From Paramicrosporidium saccamoebae KSL3 (taxonomy: Eukaryota; Fungi; Cryptomycota): a stretch of DNA of 11,806 nt. The notes under the pieces were generated by a model. It searched no databases. It had not been told where the DNA came from and saw only the letters and a list, made by a program, of their open reading frames with translations. The first letter of the stretch is position 1, and each line of letters begins with the position of its first letter. Positions 8,074 through 11,806 of the stretch are shown here, piece by piece. The DNA lies in contig MTSL01000209.1 of assembly GCA_002794465.1 (NCBI GenBank), forward strand, positions 1 to 11,806. The letters are read 5' to 3'. The translations under genes were made by a program, and so were the position numbers.

Positions 8074-8112
8074 TTAGCTGTAAAGAATAAGATTGACTTT
8101 GTGTCACCCATC

Positions 8113-8647
8113 TCATGTGTGGTTTATTAGGAGTAGTCGAAGAATGTTTCGGTTCTCGATAAAGTCGTCTCTTGACAAGGGCGGTGGTTTGATAACAACA
8201 AGGCCCGCCGATCGGAGCAAAGTTGATTGTTCATCAGCCAACTTTTGATAATCGACCAACAATTGACAGTCAAAATCAGTCACCTTTCGGGTGGCCTCTT
8301 GGTGCAACAGTTGCACTTTGCTGGCATCCGACTCGACAGTGAGGATTTTGGTACAGGCGCTGATTAGTGCATTTCGTTCCTTTTGTCTCTCCTTCATCCA
8401 GCTGATCTGTGTCCTTCGCAAGGTCAAGGCCTGTTTTGGTATTTCTGGATGTTTTTGCACCAGTTGGGCCACTTTGTCGGCCGGACCAATGGGTGCTGCT
8501 TTGCGTTTCAATGGTATCAATTGGGGCTGTTCACATGGCACTCCTTCGGCTATTTCCTGTTTCACACGCTCAATGACCTCGGGGTCCAGAAGTGACAAGT
8601 CCTATAAATCAATAATGCCGCAGTCCTACTAAGGGTAGACTGTCCAT
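8113..8647 (-). CDS. Hypothetical helical protein, 168 aa, possibly DUF2458-like; exons 8647-8630 and 8601-8113
   Basis: The ORF-track start at 8598 is TTG. ATG 8647 plus a 28-nt intron (gtagga...ttatag) gives MDSLPL|DLSLLDP in frame. ERNAL...DFD...EQSTLLRSAGL...ILRLL resembles my recollection of the DUF2458 pattern; needs an HMM check. Confidence 0.75.
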
Positions 8648-8676
8648 CCTCACGCGACCGTCACCCTTGCACTGTG

Positions 8677-10767
8677 ATGCCAATGGAGCTGGGCCAGCCA
8701 CCGTTATGGCTTCCACAGCGTGACAGCAAAATGGAACACTTCCGGCAGGCCATTTGTGAACGTCATGGTGTGCAGCTCAAAACCTATCCGGACCTCCATC
8801 AATGGTCGATAAACAATCTGTCTTTATTTTGGCAGCATGTTTGGGAGTTTTGTGATATAGTCCATTCCCAGCCATTTGAACAGGTACACTTAGGGACGTG
8901 TTCACTAACAGAAAAGGTGGTGGACGAGGAAAAGACAATTGACAGTGTTCCAGAATGGTTCCGAGGTGCAAAACTCAATTTTGCCGAGAATTTGTTGCGC
9001 TTCAGAGACACGCGCACTGCAATCCTCTATGAAAGCGAGTTGGGCAGCGATTCCAGATCAATTTCCTACTTGGAACTCTACTCTGAGGTGGCCAAGGTGG
9101 CAGCCGCTCTACGGAGCAGTGGGGTGGGAGTAAATGACGTCATTGCTGCATTTGCAGGAAATGTGCCCGAGGTTGTCGTGTTTATGCTTGCAGCAGCCTC
9201 CATCGGGGCCATATTTACAACAGTACCGCCTGATTTCGGCGTAACGGCCGTCTGTGACCGTCTGAGTCAGACAAGTCCCAGGATAGTTCTAGCCAGTCCA
9301 TCAGTCTATTATAACGGCAAGGTCCACTGTCAAATGGACAAGGTCAACCAAATGGTCAGTCAAGTTTCGTCCATAGAAAAAATTGTCATCCTCGCCGACA
9401 AAGTAGCCAGTGATGGCCCTGAGGATGGCAAATTTGTGAAATATTCACAGTTCATCGAATCATTTGCCGTGGATGCCCTTTCTTTTACACAACTGCCGTT
9501 TAATCATCCACTGTATATTCTGTACTCTTCAGGAACTACGGGGAAACCAAAATGTCTGGTGCATTCCGCGGGCGGTACTTTGATCCAGCATCTAAAAGAA
9601 CACATTCTCCATGGCGATCTCACGCGTTCCGATGTCTTTCTGCAATACACCAATATTGGTTGGATGATGTGGCATTGGATGGTCTCAGTCCTAGCCGTAG
9701 GCTCCACCATTGTACTTTACGAAGGATCACCCTTTAAACCCGAGACTATACAACTGTGGAGACTGATTGAAAAGCATCAAGTTACCAGATTTGGAACAAG
9801 TGCAAAGTATATTCAACATCTCCAAGAGTGTGATACCAAGAAAAGTGATGGCGGCGAGGGCAGTGAGAGTGGTGAAAATGGTAAAAGTGGGACTAGGACT
9901 ACATCTACAACTACAAACGCGACTACGCCTGCAACTACAACCGCTCTCATTGCATCGTTTGATATTTCTTCCTTGTTAACTATCTATTCGACTGGATCAC
10001 CTCTCAGTCCTAGCGATTTCCGCTTTGTCCACGATAAGATCAAGGCAGATTTGCAAATCTCATCTATTACTGGCGGAACTGATATCATTTCCCTATTTGG
10101 CGCCGGAAATCCAATGTTGCCAGTCCACGCCGGCGAGATTCAATGTCCTGGTTTGGGAATGGCTGTCAAGGCTTATTCTGATGCAGGGGAGGAAGTATTG
10201 GAGACGCCAGGCGATTTGGTTTGCACTCGTCCATTCCCGTCAATGCCCGTGGCGTTCTGGAATGACTCGGATGGATCGCTCTACCGGAACTCGTACTTTG
10301 GTCGCTTCCCCCAGTGTTGGCATCACGGCGACTTTGTCAAATTCACAAAGAATGGCGGATTAGTAATGTTGGGACGGAGTGACTCGACGTTGAATCCCGC
10401 AGGGGTGAGGTTCGGTAGCGCAGAATTGTACAATGTGGTGGCCCGGTTCCCAGAGGTCAAAGATTCATTAGTGGTTGGTGTTAGAAAGCCAGACGAAAAT
10501 GACGAGCGTGTCATCATGTTCCTGCAGACTGATTCGGGAATCGTCTCTGACGATCTCGCGATGCAAATCAAGAAGCAGATTAGATCATTGCTGTCGGCAA
10601 GACATGTGCCCGCTCTGATCTTGGCCACCCCTGCCATCCCTTACACACTCAACGGTAAAAAGGTCGAAGTGGCCGTCAAGCGCATCCTCTCCGGCAGCCC
10701 CGACATTACCACCGTGGGACTCGCAAATTCTGAATGTCTTGCCTTCTACCGCACCCTTTCTCTGTAG
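8677..10767 (+). CDS. AACS: Acetoacetyl-CoA synthetase (ANL adenylate-forming superfamily), with a probable in-frame intron at 8884-8916
   Basis: Motifs PEWFRGAKLNFAENLL, YILYSSGTTGKPKC, SITGGTD, GRSDSTLNPAGVRFGSAE, TLNGKKVE. First ATG is 8677 (8674 is GTG). The 33-nt segment gtacac...cactaac...aag removes 11 extra residues, giving PFEQ|VVD. Confidence 0.95.
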   Translation: MPMELGQPPLWLPQRDSKMEHFRQAICERHGVQLKTYPDLHQWSINNLSLFWQHVWEFCDIVHSQPFEQVHLGTCSLTEKVVDEEKTIDSVPEWFRGAKLNFAENLLRFRDTRTAILYESELGSDSRSISYLELYSEVAKVAAALRSSGVGVNDVIAAFAGNVPEVVVFMLAAASIGAIFTTVPPDFGVTAVCDRLSQTSPRIVLASPSVYYNGKVHCQMDKVNQMVSQVSSIEKIVILADKVASDGPEDGKFVKYSQFIESFAVDALSFTQLPFNHPLYILYSSGTTGKPKCLVHSAGGTLIQHLKEHILHGDLTRSDVFLQYTNIGWMMWHWMVSVLAVGSTIVLYEGSPFKPETIQLWRLIEKHQVTRFGTSAKYIQHLQECDTKKSDGGEGSESGENGKSGTRTTSTTTNATTPATTTALIASFDISSLLTIYSTGSPLSPSDFRFVHDKIKADLQISSITGGTDIISLFGAGNPMLPVHAGEIQCPGLGMAVKAYSDAGEEVLETPGDLVCTRPFPSMPVAFWNDSDGSLYRNSYFGRFPQCWHHGDFVKFTKNGGLVMLGRSDSTLNPAGVRFGSAELYNVVARFPEVKDSLVVGVRKPDENDERVIMFLQTDSGIVSDDLAMQIKKQIRSLLSARHVPALILATPAIPYTLNGKKVEVAVKRILSGSPDITTVGLANSECLAFYRTLSL

Positions 10768-10892
10768 CCAATAAAATATGGCCATTCTGATTGGTTGCAT
10801 CTGTAATTAAGTATCAATCTGATGAGCCATGACCATAAGAAGTATATTAGACATTTGGGGATAAATCGGACCCCACCGCACTTTGGTTTAGG

Positions 10893-11806
10893 ATGATATT
10901 GCATAGGCTTGTCGCCGGCTTGGCGAGCATACTAGCCGTTAATGCAGCCGTATCGGTATCAATTGAACCAAGTAATAATCACGCTGTAGAGAGATCCCAA
11001 CTCGGCGGCAAACATTGACGTGTTCCAGACTACCCACATTGACTTGTCGTGGCATGTGGATTTCGCTACCTCGAAAATCAAGGCCGTCGCAACGCTAACT
11101 TTGAAACGTATCGGTGAGGGCGACCAATTGATCTTGGACTGCTCGGGTTTGGAGATTCGCAAAGTCACAGAGAGCTTCAAGTCCTTAAATATTGCTCTGG
11201 AACATTCCAACAATCCTTCTGCAGGCCGTTTTGGGGGAGCACTTACCATCACTCTTCCATACGAGCGTGACATCTATACCATTGTCATCCATTATGATAC
11301 CACTGACAAGAGCTCGGCTCTGCAATGGCTTACTCCTGAACAGACGCTCGGGAAAGAGCATCCGTATTTGTTCAGTCAGTGCCAAGCCATCCATGCAAGG
11401 ACTATGCTTCCGTGTCAAGACACGCCTGCTATCAAGGCCACTTACTCGGCATCCGTCAGCGTTCCAAAGCCACTGAGCGTCGTAATGAGCGCTAATCGTC
11501 GACAGGAGTGCCCGCTCAGAAATCACACTCTTCATGCATTTGACTTTGAACAAACCACACCCATTCCAGCATATCTGATCGCCATTGCAGTAGGAGACAT
11601 TCACCCGAGAGAGATTGGGCCGCGTTCCAGTGTATGGTCCGAAGCGGGGAACCTGGAGGCCGCTGCGGAAGAGTTTTCAGAAACTGAAACGTTTATCAAG
11701 ACTGCTGAGTCACTTGTTGGGCCGTATGTTTGGCAACGCTATGACATTCTAGTTCTCCCACCCTCATTTCCCTATGGCGGTATGGAGAATCCCTGCTTGA
11801 CATTTG
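10893..11806 (+). CDS. LTA4H: Leukotriene A4 hydrolase / M1 aminopeptidase, 5' part (runs off the window); exons 10893-10955 and 10990->11806
   Basis: Motifs DPNS..N, LQWLTPEQTLGKEHPYLFSQCQAIHAR, PCQDTP, YLIAIAVGD, YDILVLPPSFPYGGMENP. A 34-nt intron (gtatca...ctgtag) joins exon 1 in phase 0. Absent from the ORF track, presumably because there is no stop in the window. Confidence 0.92.

Noticed and set aside
8777-11604. Antisense and alternate-frame ORFs over AACS and LTA4H (and over the A/B genes)
   Set aside because: They shadow well-supported CDSs, have no recognisable motifs, and where paralogs exist they are not conserved between copies.

Overview
Eukaryotic, very gene-dense DNA with 25-34 nt GT-AG introns, resembling a reduced early-diverging fungal relative such as Rozellomycota (inferred, not established). 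The right part (7.27-11.8 kb) holds Rab8/Sec4, a DUF2458-like protein, acetoacetyl-CoA synthetase and the 5' part of an LTA4H/M1 aminopeptidase. The left ~7.5 kb is an old tandem array of a ~2.1 kb cassette containing two divergently oriented membrane-protein genes I cannot assign to a known family, here called B (minus) and A (plus). Layout: B0psi<-|->A1, <-TRS23, Rab8psi, B1psi<-|->A2, Rab8psi, B2<-|->A3, Rab8psi, B3<-, TRS23-start remnant, ->Rab8. The duplicated unit apparently ended inside Rab8, leaving Rab8 fossils in each spacer, with intact TRS23 and intact Rab8 surviving at opposite ends. B3 is a 6-exon, 306-aa, ~10-TM gene fragmented in the ORF track; it appears to use the TRS23 start codon and a newly formed 25-nt intron. 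The A proteins end in a segment matching the MscS beta-domain in register. Other oddities: Rab8 has its CC prenylation motif buried under a 37-aa repeat tail, and LTA4H has a signal-peptide-like first exon.
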